Source: Methanobacteriota archaeon
GTDB lineage: Archaea > Thermoplasmatota > Poseidoniia > Poseidoniales > Thalassarchaeaceae
Assembly: GCA_002722735.1 (NCBI GenBank)
Contig: PBMR01000019.1
Location: 4,746 to 68,745 of the forward strand
Length of the DNA stretch: 64,000 nucleotides
Direction: 5' to 3'
In this document: positions 46,420 through 59,270 of the stretch, in pieces
Numbering within the stretch: position 1 is the first letter of the stretch
How the letters are laid out: the number at the start of each line of letters is the position of its first letter
Program-made: the position numbers and the translations under genes
The notes under the pieces: generated by a model
Told to the model about the DNA's origin: nothing
The model's database searches: none
The model's input: the letters and a program-made list of their open reading frames with translations, nothing else

Positions 46420-47384
46420 TATGGCATCTCCAATGATTGCTCTTCCACGCTGGGGGGCGACGGCTGTTGATGTTTTAGACGCCGTACGAACAGAATGGTG
46501 AGCAGGATGAAGATACCGAGAATGAAATATTCCCCCAATGGCAGGGCCGTAGAAGTCCGCTGCCCTTCAATGCCTGTGCTCGCGTTCTGGTCGTCACTGG
46601 AACTTGATTCAAAACTTACCAAATACATCTCCGTCCAATTCTTCCCAGTGATCCAGAAGGCATCGGCCGTCTGATCGTATGCTATTCCATTGAGGACCTC
46701 GTTCTTCGTCTCTCCCTGATTGGCAGCAAGGGATGATGCTGAGACGTAGAACTCCACTACACCAGAAGTGGCGTTGATAGCAATGATTCGATCTTGCCCC
46801 CAGACGTTCGCGTATACTGTGCTACCGACGCACTCCAACTCGTTGAGGCGGCTTACCTCATCGTCGTTCGAGATCACAGTTACCGACCGAATCACCTCAA
46901 AGGTATGGGGATCGCGGAATGCCAGTTCTGAGGAGCCGTTTGACATCACCAAGTATTGGCCATCGAAACAAATGCCCCATCCCTCGCCCTCGTAACTGTG
47001 GTTGGATATAGGGGACAGGGTTCCAAGATCGAACACAAAGGCTCTACCACCCTTCCATGTTAGCATTATGACGGAGCTTTCGAAAATAGTGATCCCCTCA
47101 CCGAAGTAGGCACCGTCCACTGTCACCTCGCGAAGTACTTCACCGGTACTCGAATCTAGTTCTCTCAATCCCGAATGGCCATAGAGCCCGGTGCTTTCGA
47201 GTATCAGGTCGCCCTGAACCTCCAATCCCTGGGTGAATGCGGTTGGGTCGTGGGGTATGGTCGCTATCAGAACTAACTCACGCTCCACCACTAACTCGTT
47301 GGAGTCAATGGCGTCGACGGGCATAACCAACGACATGACCAGCAGGAAGGCCGCGAGTAGTATGGACCTGCCTCGCCCGCGCAT
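46419..47384 (-). CDS. Glutaminyl-peptide cyclotransferase (plant/bacterial beta-propeller type), secreted and membrane-anchored
   Basis: PHDPTAFTQGL, ESTGLYG, FGEGIT, LTW, EGWG, SNGS, LNELE, ANVW, VLNGIAY, TGKNW; signal peptide and C-terminal TM; start moved to 47384. Confidence 0.9.
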   Translation of the reverse strand: MRGRGRSILLAAFLLVMSLVMPVDAIDSNELVVERELVLIATIPHDPTAFTQGLEVQGDLILESTGLYGHSGLRELDSSTGEVLREVTVDGAYFGEGITIFESSVIMLTWKGGRAFVFDLGTLSPISNHSYEGEGWGICFDGQYLVMSNGSSELAFRDPHTFEVIRSVTVISNDDEVSRLNELECVGSTVYANVWGQDRIIAINATSGVVEFYVSASSLAANQGETKNEVLNGIAYDQTADAFWITGKNWTEMYLVSFESSSSDDQNASTGIEGQRTSTALPLGEYFILGIFILLTILFVRRLKHQQPSPPSVEEQSLEMP

Positions 47385-47460
47385 GTACGAACGGTGCTCC
47401 ATCGATGTTAAAATACGTCCTCGGACCGATTGCCGAAGGTACTCGGACGGAGTGTTGTTC

Positions 47461-50400
47461 ATGCGGGATAGCGCAGAAACGGCCCCAGTGCCACTGTCCT
47501 TGTTACTCATTACCACCATGATCGTGGCCAGTTTCGGCCCATTGGTTGCTTCAGAGCCATTCGAAAGCAATTCTGAGACATCTGGCATGGCGGACGGGCT
47601 TTCGGGATTCGATCCCACTATTGAGGGCAGGCAGTACATGTTCAGCGATAGTGAGATTCCAAGCTTCTCGGCCACGGTATTCCTGAAGAAACAATGGATT
47701 GAGGACGGATATCCCGGGGTAATCCTCCCTTTCAGCCCAAGTAATCAGTACTCAAGGCACTCTGCTAGGAGCTGCGAGGGAGCTTGGTCTATGGATGACG
47801 CCGACAATATCACAACCCCGGATGGCATAATCTCTGTCACGGCCAAGAAAATCTCTGCCAATGCGGCAATTCTCGTCGAGGACGGGCTGGTGATTTCATC
47901 CACCACGCTGAATGACATTGCCGCTACATGGGAGTCGATCATCTACCCGACTGACACGAATTACTTCGGGGATACTCCGGACGTCGACAACAACTGCCAG
48001 ATCGAGATCGTCATCCACGCTGTGGACGGGCCCGGTGGAATTGGGGGTTATTTCCAACCCGGCATTTCCGCATTGCGAGAATCGGTGTTCATCGATGTTG
48101 ATGACATGGATGGACGGAACTCGATTCTAGCCCACGAACTCGAGCACCTGATACACAATGCATGGGACCCGTTCGAGTACATCTGGATTGACGAGGGCGC
48201 TGCCGACTTGGCGTCCTACTTGTGCTTTGGAATGGACGGCACGCTGTCCGAGCACGCTAACACCTGGGCCATGAACACCAGCGTCAGCCTGAGGTGGTGG
48301 AACCAGAGGACGGCTGACTACGGGGCTGGCTTCCTATTCATGTTGTACCTCGCTGACAAGCTCGGCGGGGCTCCTTCCATTCGCAGTCTGATTGCCGACA
48401 CCTCCATTGGGGGAAATGGGATTGAGGACTTGGCTAGAAATCCTGGACCCGGGTCGACCCCGATTGGTAGAACGATGAGTGAGATTTTCGCAAACTTCAG
48501 TGCCGCAGTCACGTTAGATAGCCCTCAAGGGGCATTTGGATTTTCGAACCTCGAAATGAGTGATGAGTGCTCTTCGAGTAACATGTGCAAAGCCCTTCCA
48601 AGCGAGTCCAACGAACAGTGGTCGGACACATGGCACAAACAATGGGAATCTTTGGAATCATGGGGTATGAAATCCTACAGATTCTCCCAAGGCACTGGGG
48701 ACCCGCTAAACCTGATTGTGGAACCTGTTCGTTCTGGGTTTGAGGGGGCAATACTGGTGAGGGAGGCAATCACGGGAACTTGGACCATGAGCAAACTAAG
48801 GATTGACACATCCACCGGAGTGGGTACCGGTCTAGTCCATGGTTTTGGCAACACCACATCTGAAGTCTGGCTGTTCGTTTGGCTCAATAGCCTAATCGAC
48901 GACTGCGACTACGATTTCGCCAACTGTGGCGTTCTTCCCTCCAGCGGTTACCCCACTAGCGGATTCTCAATCAGCGCCGATCTAATCACGGAGCCTGCAG
49001 AAATCACAATCGATTCCTTGCAGACTTTTGACAGGGATGGCGATTCTCTTCAAGACAGCATCGAAATCGGAATAGAAGTGACCTCCAACGCCTATTACGA
49101 GACCTTGGGGGTGACCTTCGAGGCTTACACCGAAAACGTGCTCACAGATTCGTTGAACTTCAACTTGGCCGCAGGTAACAGCGAGCCTGTTTCAAGGGCG
49201 ATTTGGTTCACGCCTTCGCACACGGGGGAGTGGTCCTTCTCAGTGAGGATAAGGGACATCACAGGAGAACTGCAGGACGAGGCTTTCTCGCTGCCTATGC
49301 AAATTTCCAACATGAAGCCCGTTGGCTCCGGTTCCATCTCGACCCCAGCCACCCAGACATGGTTGCCGACCCATATGTTCGGAGGAGGCTACGATGCATG
49401 GGGATTCGGGCTTCAAAATGGTTCCTTCAGCCATAATGGGACTCCGTCGGCATATTTCTGGGATCTCGGTGACGGAAACAGCTCCAACCTCAAGAACCCG
49501 GTTCACACTTACCTGAGGGAAGGCGAGCATCAAGTAATTCTGGTCGTTATGGACCAAGGCGGGTACTACTCCGAATCGCAGACCTGGAACATCTCAGTGA
49601 ATGACTCGTCAGCCCCGGTCCCAGAGATATCCGTAGAGGGGGTGCCAATTGCTGGTGAAATTACCTTTCATACCAATCAAAGGATCCAGTTCTCTGCCAG
49701 GAGTACCTCAGACAATGTCCCAGTTGAGCATCTGACTTTCAACTGGGACTGGGGGGATGGGGGGTCAGATTCTGGCGTTGGCCTCTACGAAGTAGGGCAT
49801 TCTTGGATTGACGGTAATGCAAATGGTACCGTCTACTCCATGGGACTGAGTGTGAGCGATGGAACCCATTCTTCCGAGCTCACGATTCTGATTCAGATAC
49901 TCAATCGAGTCCCTCGGCTAGTCCATGAGGGGGTGATGAGTACTTACACGCTGACGCCTCTGACCATGCCTGATATCTTCGTCGATGACGACGGCATGAT
50001 TATGGAACACAGATGGAGCTTCGAGGACGGGGTTAATCTGGATGGTACTGGGATGTCACTGACATCTGATTTCTCTGAAACTGCTTCATTGCTATCCAAT
50101 CCGATAGTCGGTTGGCTTGAGCCGGGCATGAAGAACGTGACTCTGGAGGTAAAGGACGACGATGGGAACACGTCGTTCGCCCATCTGCAAGTAGAAGTCC
50201 TAAACCAGCGTCCTGTCGCAATCTTCAATCGGCCTATTGATGGGGATGTGAGAACTGCGTACGTCTTTGAGAGCGAGTCCTTCGATCCGGATGGTGACTC
50301 CTCTTCCCTCACGCATGTTTGGAGCATCTCCGATATGATAGAGACAATTGAGAACGTCTCTTCCATCAGTAGATCATTCCTCAGCCCTGGGCTGTACAGT

Positions 50401-51588
50401 GTTAGTCTGGTAGTGGTTGACGAACGTGGTCTGGAATCCGCACCTAAGACATACCTCTTTGAAATAGAAAACCCACTTCCAGTGCCAATTCTCTCTTTCG
50501 CTTGTCCCAGTCTCAACGGAACCTCCCTGGATGGCATCCCGGAGGACGAGTCTGGGATAGTGTGGCAGATTCCACATACCGAAGGAGGCGGGGCCTTCGT
50601 CGCGCCGGGGAACCCAATTAGGTTCGATGGAAGGGGTAGTCATGATGCGGATCCGCGATTCGCAGGCAAGACATCGACCGACTCATTGGATCCGGATTGG
50701 AATGGTATTGCCTCATGGATTTGGGACTTCGGCGATGCAAGTCCTGCAATATCTGGACCTATTGTTTGGCATAAGTACGAAAGTCCCGGGACATATATCG
50801 TTAGGCTGACTGTCATTGACGGATTTGCCGGGGGAGAGTCCAACACTACGGAAATGCTAGTGCATGTATCCCAACCCCCGGTGATTTTGACTTCGAACCC
50901 CATTTCCTCAGAATATGTCATAGTTGGGGATGCAGTGGATCTATTAGGAAACGCAATTGACCCCGATCTAAATGATGGAATCAGGGCCTCGTTGGACGTT
51001 GATGCGAACTTTGACAGCGACGGAGACGGAGTCGAGAACAACGACAGGGACGTAAATCTAACTGATTCTTTGGATATTCGATGGGATTTGGATGTGTTCA
51101 CCGATGACGACTGCTACCGACTCAAAGGCTGTGATGGCAATACTAGGAACGACTGGATGGTATCGAATCAGACTTGGAGGAAACCCGGGGAGATCAGGAT
51201 TTCGATGACTGTTTGCGATGGAGTCGGAGTTTGCTCGTCCAAGGACTTCGTCGTGACCGTCCTCTCCATCCAGGAGACTGCCCCACCAAAAACCCTCTCG
51301 GATCTAACTTGGACTGATTTTGTCCCGGACAGGGGGAGCGCTGGACTTCTCTTACTGGTATCCTTGGTGGCCATTCTGGGCTGGATGGTGATGCGGCATA
51401 AGGACGAGGAGGAACTCGATGCCAAGGACATGGTCAATAGGTATGGGGTGGAAGAGGCGAGGTCCGAGGGAGGGCTTCCCGGGATGGATCAGCATGCCCC
51501 GCCGCCACAACCAAGATATCTGACCTCCGAGGAACGGACTGACAAGGAGTCGGGCTACGTCCGTCCAATCAGAACGAGGCGAAAGTAG
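47461..51588 (+). CDS. Giant secreted zinc metalloprotease (M30/M6-like) with multiple PKD domains and C-terminal TM
   Basis: Signal peptide; LAHELEHLIH...WIDEGAA; DYGAGFLF..YL; PKD motifs WDLGDG, WDWGDG, WSFEDG, WDFGD; DxDGD loops; TM. Confidence 0.85.
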   Translation: MRDSAETAPVPLSLLLITTMIVASFGPLVASEPFESNSETSGMADGLSGFDPTIEGRQYMFSDSEIPSFSATVFLKKQWIEDGYPGVILPFSPSNQYSRHSARSCEGAWSMDDADNITTPDGIISVTAKKISANAAILVEDGLVISSTTLNDIAATWESIIYPTDTNYFGDTPDVDNNCQIEIVIHAVDGPGGIGGYFQPGISALRESVFIDVDDMDGRNSILAHELEHLIHNAWDPFEYIWIDEGAADLASYLCFGMDGTLSEHANTWAMNTSVSLRWWNQRTADYGAGFLFMLYLADKLGGAPSIRSLIADTSIGGNGIEDLARNPGPGSTPIGRTMSEIFANFSAAVTLDSPQGAFGFSNLEMSDECSSSNMCKALPSESNEQWSDTWHKQWESLESWGMKSYRFSQGTGDPLNLIVEPVRSGFEGAILVREAITGTWTMSKLRIDTSTGVGTGLVHGFGNTTSEVWLFVWLNSLIDDCDYDFANCGVLPSSGYPTSGFSISADLITEPAEITIDSLQTFDRDGDSLQDSIEIGIEVTSNAYYETLGVTFEAYTENVLTDSLNFNLAAGNSEPVSRAIWFTPSHTGEWSFSVRIRDITGELQDEAFSLPMQISNMKPVGSGSISTPATQTWLPTHMFGGGYDAWGFGLQNGSFSHNGTPSAYFWDLGDGNSSNLKNPVHTYLREGEHQVILVVMDQGGYYSESQTWNISVNDSSAPVPEISVEGVPIAGEITFHTNQRIQFSARSTSDNVPVEHLTFNWDWGDGGSDSGVGLYEVGHSWIDGNANGTVYSMGLSVSDGTHSSELTILIQILNRVPRLVHEGVMSTYTLTPLTMPDIFVDDDGMIMEHRWSFEDGVNLDGTGMSLTSDFSETASLLSNPIVGWLEPGMKNVTLEVKDDDGNTSFAHLQVEVLNQRPVAIFNRPIDGDVRTAYVFESESFDPDGDSSSLTHVWSISDMIETIENVSSISRSFLSPGLYSVSLVVVDERGLESAPKTYLFEIENPLPVPILSFACPSLNGTSLDGIPEDESGIVWQIPHTEGGGAFVAPGNPIRFDGRGSHDADPRFAGKTSTDSLDPDWNGIASWIWDFGDASPAISGPIVWHKYESPGTYIVRLTVIDGFAGGESNTTEMLVHVSQPPVILTSNPISSEYVIVGDAVDLLGNAIDPDLNDGIRASLDVDANFDSDGDGVENNDRDVNLTDSLDIRWDLDVFTDDDCYRLKGCDGNTRNDWMVSNQTWRKPGEIRISMTVCDGVGVCSSKDFVVTVLSIQETAPPKTLSDLTWTDFVPDRGSAGLLLLVSLVAILGWMVMRHKDEEELDAKDMVNRYGVEEARSEGGLPGMDQHAPPPQPRYLTSEERTDKESGYVRPIRTRRK

Positions 51589-52511
51589 TGGGGGGCGCTG
51601 GAAGGCACGAAATCAGGGTCGCGGGATTGCCCCTGACTCTCGTTGCCGTGATGTTCGTATGCACCCTGTCATCAGTTCCGGTAACCTCCGCGACGAGCTC
51701 TTGCGATGTGCCACCGAGCAGCGACTGGTCACAGAGTATGCCCGAGGACTACATCGAGGTCTCCACCGTGGACGACGGTGGTGGTTTTGAGGGAATTTTC
51801 GGTTATGGGTCACCGGGCAATTCTCTCAAGCCATTAGAGAGGGGGCTCAGCACCGAGTGGTCTGACGGGACGTGGTCGGGATTCCAAGGGGTTGCGGTGA
51901 TGAATGACAGCGCCACAACCTTGAGCATGGTGCTGATTCCGGGTTATCGTTACACCTTCTGCATAGATTTCAGCCACAGCGGTGGCTCGGCTGCATCAGA
52001 GGCCCGAGGAGACATATACCTGATGACTGATCAAAACTACGGCATGTACACAGTCGAGTATGGGTCCAGGGGCTTTGGCGATTTCGAGATAGACATGGTG
52101 CCGGTCGAATGGAGGGACATGTCGACGTGGTTGCCTTTCAGGGACTCGCATGCCTATGAGTCCGTCAGTTACGGGGAGTTCTCCGTGGCCATTGACTCCA
52201 CTGGGTCCGCATGGTCCTCTCTCGGATTGCAGGATGGGGCCCCAAATCAGGTGTACCATTTGGTTCTTGACGGATGGGACAACAGCAGAGTCGGAGATTC
52301 AGGTGCTACTGGGGGAGCCATGAACGTCGAGATTCTGATTGATGTGGAAGAGCGTCAGACCCTTCCGAACTACACCGCATACATGCTGATTGGGGCGTTG
52401 CCCCTCTCCTGCATAATCATCCCCCTGATTCTCCACAGCAGATACCATTCCGCAGCCCTAACTAGTGAAGAAGAAGAGATGCGGGAAGTGCCGTTCCTCA
52501 GGGATGGGTGA
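51588..52511 (+). CDS. Hypothetical secreted, membrane-anchored protein
   Basis: N-terminal signal-like segment, C-terminal TM; overlaps the stop of the upstream protease. Confidence 0.7.
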   Translation: MGGAGRHEIRVAGLPLTLVAVMFVCTLSSVPVTSATSSCDVPPSSDWSQSMPEDYIEVSTVDDGGGFEGIFGYGSPGNSLKPLERGLSTEWSDGTWSGFQGVAVMNDSATTLSMVLIPGYRYTFCIDFSHSGGSAASEARGDIYLMTDQNYGMYTVEYGSRGFGDFEIDMVPVEWRDMSTWLPFRDSHAYESVSYGEFSVAIDSTGSAWSSLGLQDGAPNQVYHLVLDGWDNSRVGDSGATGGAMNVEILIDVEERQTLPNYTAYMLIGALPLSCIIIPLILHSRYHSAALTSEEEEMREVPFLRDG

Positions 52512-52512
52512 T

Positions 52513-53313
52513 CTAAGCGTACTCCAGCAGGGACCACGCTGTCTGAAGGTCTGAAGCATTTATCCTGCCCTGTTGAGCGAGATGCCACCCCGATTCAGTG
52601 GTGGTGTAAACCATGAACTGATCGAGCAAAGGGGCGTGGATGCGCGCCCAGTCCCCCCCTGGGCCCAATCCCATCAGAGCAGTATTTATTCCCGAATCCC
52701 TCAGTTCCCACGCTGCCTCGAAGATCCTCAGGCTCTCCGCCCTGTTCCTAGTCGGATAGCATGCCTTGATGATATCCCCGAGATCGTGGTTGTCCTCTAT
52801 ATCCTGGGCAATAGCAGATGAGGAGGGGGTTCTCTCGATGGAATGCATCGAGGCAATGATCCCGGTACTGTCTCCGGTCAGTCCCACTAACTCATCTCTA
52901 ATCGGCTTGGCAATGTCGGATTCGAGGTCAATCCATCGGGGCCCGCATGCGATAGCGGCCCTGAGTACCTCGATTCGTTGATCCTCGTTTCCCGGATAGT
53001 ACCCGCCTTGCCTCTCAGGCCTGCATGCAATTACCATTGGGAGATTAGTAGCTTCCACAATGGTGGACAAGGCAGGTCCCAAATCAACTGCATCAAGATC
53101 GAGTTGCCTGACCTCCACCTCAATTCCAGCACCATCGCCATTCCCCCTCGTGTCAGAGCGGGGATTGGCTTGCACCGGGTGCTCGATCGTCCATAGATGA
53201 TCGAGTCGAGCTTCGATGGCATCGGCGCCAGCGGCTTTGGCAACGGCAGCATCACTAGCCATCTCGTCAGCCGTTCGACCCCTCAGAGTTACACAGACGA
53301 GGGGTCGATTCAT
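52513..53313 (-). CDS. aroD: Type I 3-dehydroquinate dehydratase
   Basis: ADAIEARLD, ACRP..QGG, WIDLE, IASMH, IIKA (Schiff-base Lys), GLG..G.WARI, QGRI. Confidence 0.85.
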   Translation of the reverse strand: MNRPLVCVTLRGRTADEMASDAAVAKAAGADAIEARLDHLWTIEHPVQANPRSDTRGNGDGAGIEVEVRQLDLDAVDLGPALSTIVEATNLPMVIACRPERQGGYYPGNEDQRIEVLRAAIACGPRWIDLESDIAKPIRDELVGLTGDSTGIIASMHSIERTPSSSAIAQDIEDNHDLGDIIKACYPTRNRAESLRIFEAAWELRDSGINTALMGLGPGGDWARIHAPLLDQFMVYTTTESGWHLAQQGRINASDLQTAWSLLEYA

Positions 53314-53399
53314 CCGGGGAAGCCACCGGAGTTACCTGTTTAACCGTGTCGTGAGGAGGGAAAGCCATATCGGAGTGGAAAGAGGTCCTTCTACTGTAA

Positions 53400-55466
<2,067 letters not shown>

Positions 55467-55472
55467 GGTGGT

Positions 55473-58172
55473 TTGGTGGCTGAGGATCTTCTTCGTAGGA
55501 ACATCTCTGACGAGATGAAGGAGAGTTACATCAACTACGCTATGAGCGTAATCATAGGTAGGGCGCTTCCAGACGCCAGAGACGGCCTCAAACCGGTTCA
55601 CCGCAGGATCCTATGGGGGATGCATCAGGCCGGCCACTCTCACGACAAGGGATACAGCAAGTGTGCCCGATCGGTTGGCGAGGTCATGGGGAAATTCCAC
55701 CCCCATGGTGACCAAGCACTGTACGACACCATGGTCAGAATGGCCCAGGACTTCTCCCTTAGGTACCCGCTAATCGACGGTCAGGGGAACTTCGGGTCGA
55801 TTGATGGCGACCCCCCGGCAGCCATGCGCTACACCGAGAGCAGGTTGGATAGATTGTCCCAGCACATGCTAGACGACATCAACAAGAACACCATAGACAT
55901 GGAGCCTAATTTCGATGACACCGAGACCGAGCCCACTGTTCTGCCAGCACGACTGCCCAACCTCCTGCTGAACGGAAGCGACGGGATTGCCGTTGGGATG
56001 GCCACCAAGATTCCCCCGCACAACCTCAACGAGGTCGCTGCAGCCATCAAGTTCCACGTAGAGCGCGTGATCGAGCAAGACCGGAAGATAGGGCTCGACA
56101 ACCCCCCCAAGATCGATGCTCTGGAGTACATGGAGCATCTCAAGGGCCCGGACTTCCCCACTGGCGCTACAATCTTCGGTATCGACGGCATAGTGGATAT
56201 GTACAGGACGGGGCACGGCCGTTTCCATATTCGCTCGGATGTTGAAGTCATTGAGGACTCGAGGGAGAAGAAACTGGTAGTTTCCTCGATTCCATATCAG
56301 GTCAAGAAAGCCGCGATGCTCCGAGGAATCGCTGATTTGGTACAGAATGAGGCAATCAAAGGGATTCGCGACATCAGGGACGAGTCCAGCAAGGAAGGGA
56401 TTCGCGTGGTTATCGAGATCAAGCAGAATGCCGATCCTCACGCTGTCCTAAACCAGTTGTACCAGTCGAGCAGGCTGCAGGAGTCGTACTCCGCCAACAT
56501 GATGGGGATATTGAAAGGCGGGCCGGTCCAGCTCGATCTCAGGACGATTCTGCATACTCATGTCAGGCACAGGGAGTCTGTTATCGAGCGCAGGACACAG
56601 TTCGAGCTTGACAGATCCGAGGCACGGGCACATATCCTCGACGGGCTCATGCATGCGCAGAAGCGCATGTCAGAGATTATCGAGATGGGGAGGAACTCAG
56701 AGTCCCGAGACCAGTTCGAGCAGTATCTTCGTGGTGAGGAGAAGTACCCGAGGATCAAGCGCTTCGACTTCTCGAACAAGCAGGCCAGGGCCATCGCAGA
56801 ACGTCGTCTCTACCAGTTGACTAAACTGAACGTCCAGGAGGTCGCCGAGGAGCTCAAAAAGCTCAATGAGGCGATAGAAGACTACCGGGGCATCCTCGAT
56901 AGCAGGTTTCAACGCTTGAACATCATTATCGAGGAACTCGATGCGCTAGTGAATCGTCACGGAGACGAGCGGAGGACCCATATCGACCCCATGCCCCTCT
57001 CCATGGACAGGGAGGATCTGGTCGCTGAGGAGGCGATTGTCATCTCCCTGACCCAGGACAACTACATCCGGCACCTCCCCGTGGAAGGCTTCCGACTTCA
57101 GAATAGGGGTGGAAAGGGCCTGAAGGGAGTAACGACGAAAGACGAAGATACGCCTTCGAAAATCATAACCTGCTTCTCGAAGGATAGGTTACTGATCTTC
57201 ACTGACATGGGTCGTGTCTACGGCCTCAGGGCATGGGAGACCCCCTCTGCCAGTCGCTACGGGAGAGGGACGCATATCCGAAACCTCCTACGGGGCATCA
57301 GGGACGAGGAGAGGGTCATCTCAATCCTCCCCCTGAGCCGGAGCCTGATCAGTAATCCGGAGGGCAGCTACCTCATGTTCGCCACATCGAAGGGGAGGAT
57401 CAAGAAGAGCAGGCTATCCGAGTACGTTAAGATCAACCGAAACGGCAAGTACGCCCTCAGGTTCGCCGGGGGCCAGAACGACACCCTAGTCACTGTGAGA
57501 CCCGCGACGGACACCGATCACGTGGTACTGGTCTCTGCCCGAGGAAATGCTTGCAGGTTCAAGCCTGCAGAGGAGAGGACGCGCATCTCCCCCGAAACTG
57601 GCGATGCTATGACTACCCACGTAGTGAGGGTTCAGGGGAGGGTCAGCCAGGGAGTCTCGGGGATGAAGCTGGGGGCTGGCGACCGCGTAATCGGGATGAT
57701 CGTCACCGGGGACTTCGACACCAGTGTGCTCACAATTTCCAAGTATGGCATGGCCAAGCGCAGCAGACTTGGCTCTGGTGAGATGATTTCTCTTACCGAC
57801 GAAGCAGGTGGGGAAGTCCGTGACGAAGAGGGTGAGGTCGTCTATGTCAGGGATGGCTACCGACGCACCAATAGGGGAACGAAGGGGGTGCGTACAATGT
57901 CATTGAGAGATGATGACCACATCGTCAGCGTTCGTCAGATCCCCGACTTGGAGGATCATTTGTTCATGCTCACCGGATCCGGCATGATGATCAGAATGGT
58001 TTCGGGCCAGACCAAGGAGACATTGGGCAAGGTCACCAAGGGAACGCGCATCATGGAGTTGCGGAACGCAGATCGAACCGGATTCGTAGACGAGATAATT
58101 TTCGTTGCAAGACTGCCCTCCAACCTCGTCGATCCCCCAGATGCTGCGGATGACGCTATAGAGGAAGAATAG
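55473..58172 (+). CDS. gyrA: DNA gyrase subunit A
   Basis: [29 protein letters not shown], GyrA-box QNRGGKG, six CTD blades, acidic tail. Confidence 0.98.
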   Translation: MVAEDLLRRNISDEMKESYINYAMSVIIGRALPDARDGLKPVHRRILWGMHQAGHSHDKGYSKCARSVGEVMGKFHPHGDQALYDTMVRMAQDFSLRYPLIDGQGNFGSIDGDPPAAMRYTESRLDRLSQHMLDDINKNTIDMEPNFDDTETEPTVLPARLPNLLLNGSDGIAVGMATKIPPHNLNEVAAAIKFHVERVIEQDRKIGLDNPPKIDALEYMEHLKGPDFPTGATIFGIDGIVDMYRTGHGRFHIRSDVEVIEDSREKKLVVSSIPYQVKKAAMLRGIADLVQNEAIKGIRDIRDESSKEGIRVVIEIKQNADPHAVLNQLYQSSRLQESYSANMMGILKGGPVQLDLRTILHTHVRHRESVIERRTQFELDRSEARAHILDGLMHAQKRMSEIIEMGRNSESRDQFEQYLRGEEKYPRIKRFDFSNKQARAIAERRLYQLTKLNVQEVAEELKKLNEAIEDYRGILDSRFQRLNIIIEELDALVNRHGDERRTHIDPMPLSMDREDLVAEEAIVISLTQDNYIRHLPVEGFRLQNRGGKGLKGVTTKDEDTPSKIITCFSKDRLLIFTDMGRVYGLRAWETPSASRYGRGTHIRNLLRGIRDEERVISILPLSRSLISNPEGSYLMFATSKGRIKKSRLSEYVKINRNGKYALRFAGGQNDTLVTVRPATDTDHVVLVSARGNACRFKPAEERTRISPETGDAMTTHVVRVQGRVSQGVSGMKLGAGDRVIGMIVTGDFDTSVLTISKYGMAKRSRLGSGEMISLTDEAGGEVRDEEGEVVYVRDGYRRTNRGTKGVRTMSLRDDDHIVSVRQIPDLEDHLFMLTGSGMMIRMVSGQTKETLGKVTKGTRIMELRNADRTGFVDEIIFVARLPSNLVDPPDAADDAIEEE

Positions 58173-58217
58173 CAGAACCGCTCGACTTAAGCATGGGCTG
58201 AAGGTCGTCGGACTACT

Positions 58218-58304
58218 GCGGCAGTCGCATAGCCTGGCCATTGCGCTGGATTGCTAATCCAGTGGTGTCTCACCTCGGGAGTTCGAATCTCCCCTGCCGC
58301 GCCA
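58218..58304 (+). tRNA. tRNA-Ser(GCT), CCA encoded
   Basis: GCGGCAG/CTGCCGC acceptor stem, CTGGA-TTGCTAA-TCCAG anticodon arm, long variable arm, GTTCGAA T-loop, discriminator G plus CCA. Confidence 0.96.
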
Positions 58305-58348
58305 ACGAGGAAGGGAGGTTTCATCCGCCCACTAGCCCTTCAAGGACA

Positions 58349-59228
58349 CGTGACAACCACGCCGGCCCTCCTCGGCCCATTGGGCGCCCCGTATGGGCCC
58401 GGTGCCATCGCCCTCCTCTGCATTGCTGCAATTTTACTCCTTGCTGTCGCTTGGAAGGTATTCGAGTACCTCAGCCTCAACCCATCCAACGACAGGTCTT
58501 GGGTTATCGACAACAAGAGAATGGCAACTGCCGAATTCAATGGTGACGAAGTCACAATCAGAAACGTAAGGGACTTCAATTGGAGGAGCACAAGAGACTT
58601 CGATGAGAACTGGGATGACGTGAAATATAGGCTCGATCAAGTCACGAAGATATGGTTCTTCCTCGAGTACTTCGACCCCACACGAAGACAGATGGCACAT
58701 ACGATTCTAAGCTTCGAATTCGAGGATGGAAGGCGCCTTGCCTGCTCAATCGAGGTGCGCAGGAAGAAGGGGAGTGCGTATCACCCCATCAGGGGCCTCT
58801 TCAGGCAGTACGAGTTGATCTACGTATGGGCAACGGAACGCGACGCGATAGGCGTCAGGACGCGTTGCAGGAGGAAATCGGTGACGCATCTGTTCGAGGC
58901 CATCATTCTGGGCCCGGGCAACGAGAGGAGGATGCTGGAGTCATACCTGCATCGAACCAACAAGCTTGGTGAAGAGCCTGAGTGGTACAACACGATTACC
59001 AACACCTGCACGACCAATATCGTCAGGCACGTCAATGAGGTGTATCCCGGCAGGGTGCCTAGGGCCGTGGCGGTGCTGCTTCCCGGCCTCAGTCCCAAAC
59101 TGCTCCACAAGAACAACCTAGTCAAGATGCATGGTTCCCTGGAGGAGACCCTCGAGAAGAGCGAGATAGATGACAAGGCGGAGTCGTGGGACGGTTCCAC
59201 TGACTTCGGTGACCATATCAGGCAGTAG
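58349..59228 (+). CDS. DUF4105 (Lnb-like) membrane-anchored protein
   Basis: TM; PSNDRSW, NVRDF, AHTILSF.F.DG..L..SIEVR, QYELIY..A.ERD, YNT.TNTCTTN; start uncertain, but must lie after the tRNA. Confidence 0.82.
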
Positions 59229-59270
59229 GGATATGCGAGCATTCAACTGAATGGTGCCACTGCCGGGGGC

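Noticed and set aside
47233..47675. Apparent antisense overlap of the glutaminyl cyclase and PKD protease ORFs
   Set aside because: This is an artefact of longest-ORF starts; signal peptides place the starts at 47384 (-) and 47461 (+).
58251..58348. CDS overlapping tRNA-Ser
   Set aside because: The track start lies inside the tRNA; the real start must be downstream.
58218..59270. tRNA-anchored genomic island
   Set aside because: No direct repeat of the tRNA 3' end, no integrase, and no evident compositional shift.
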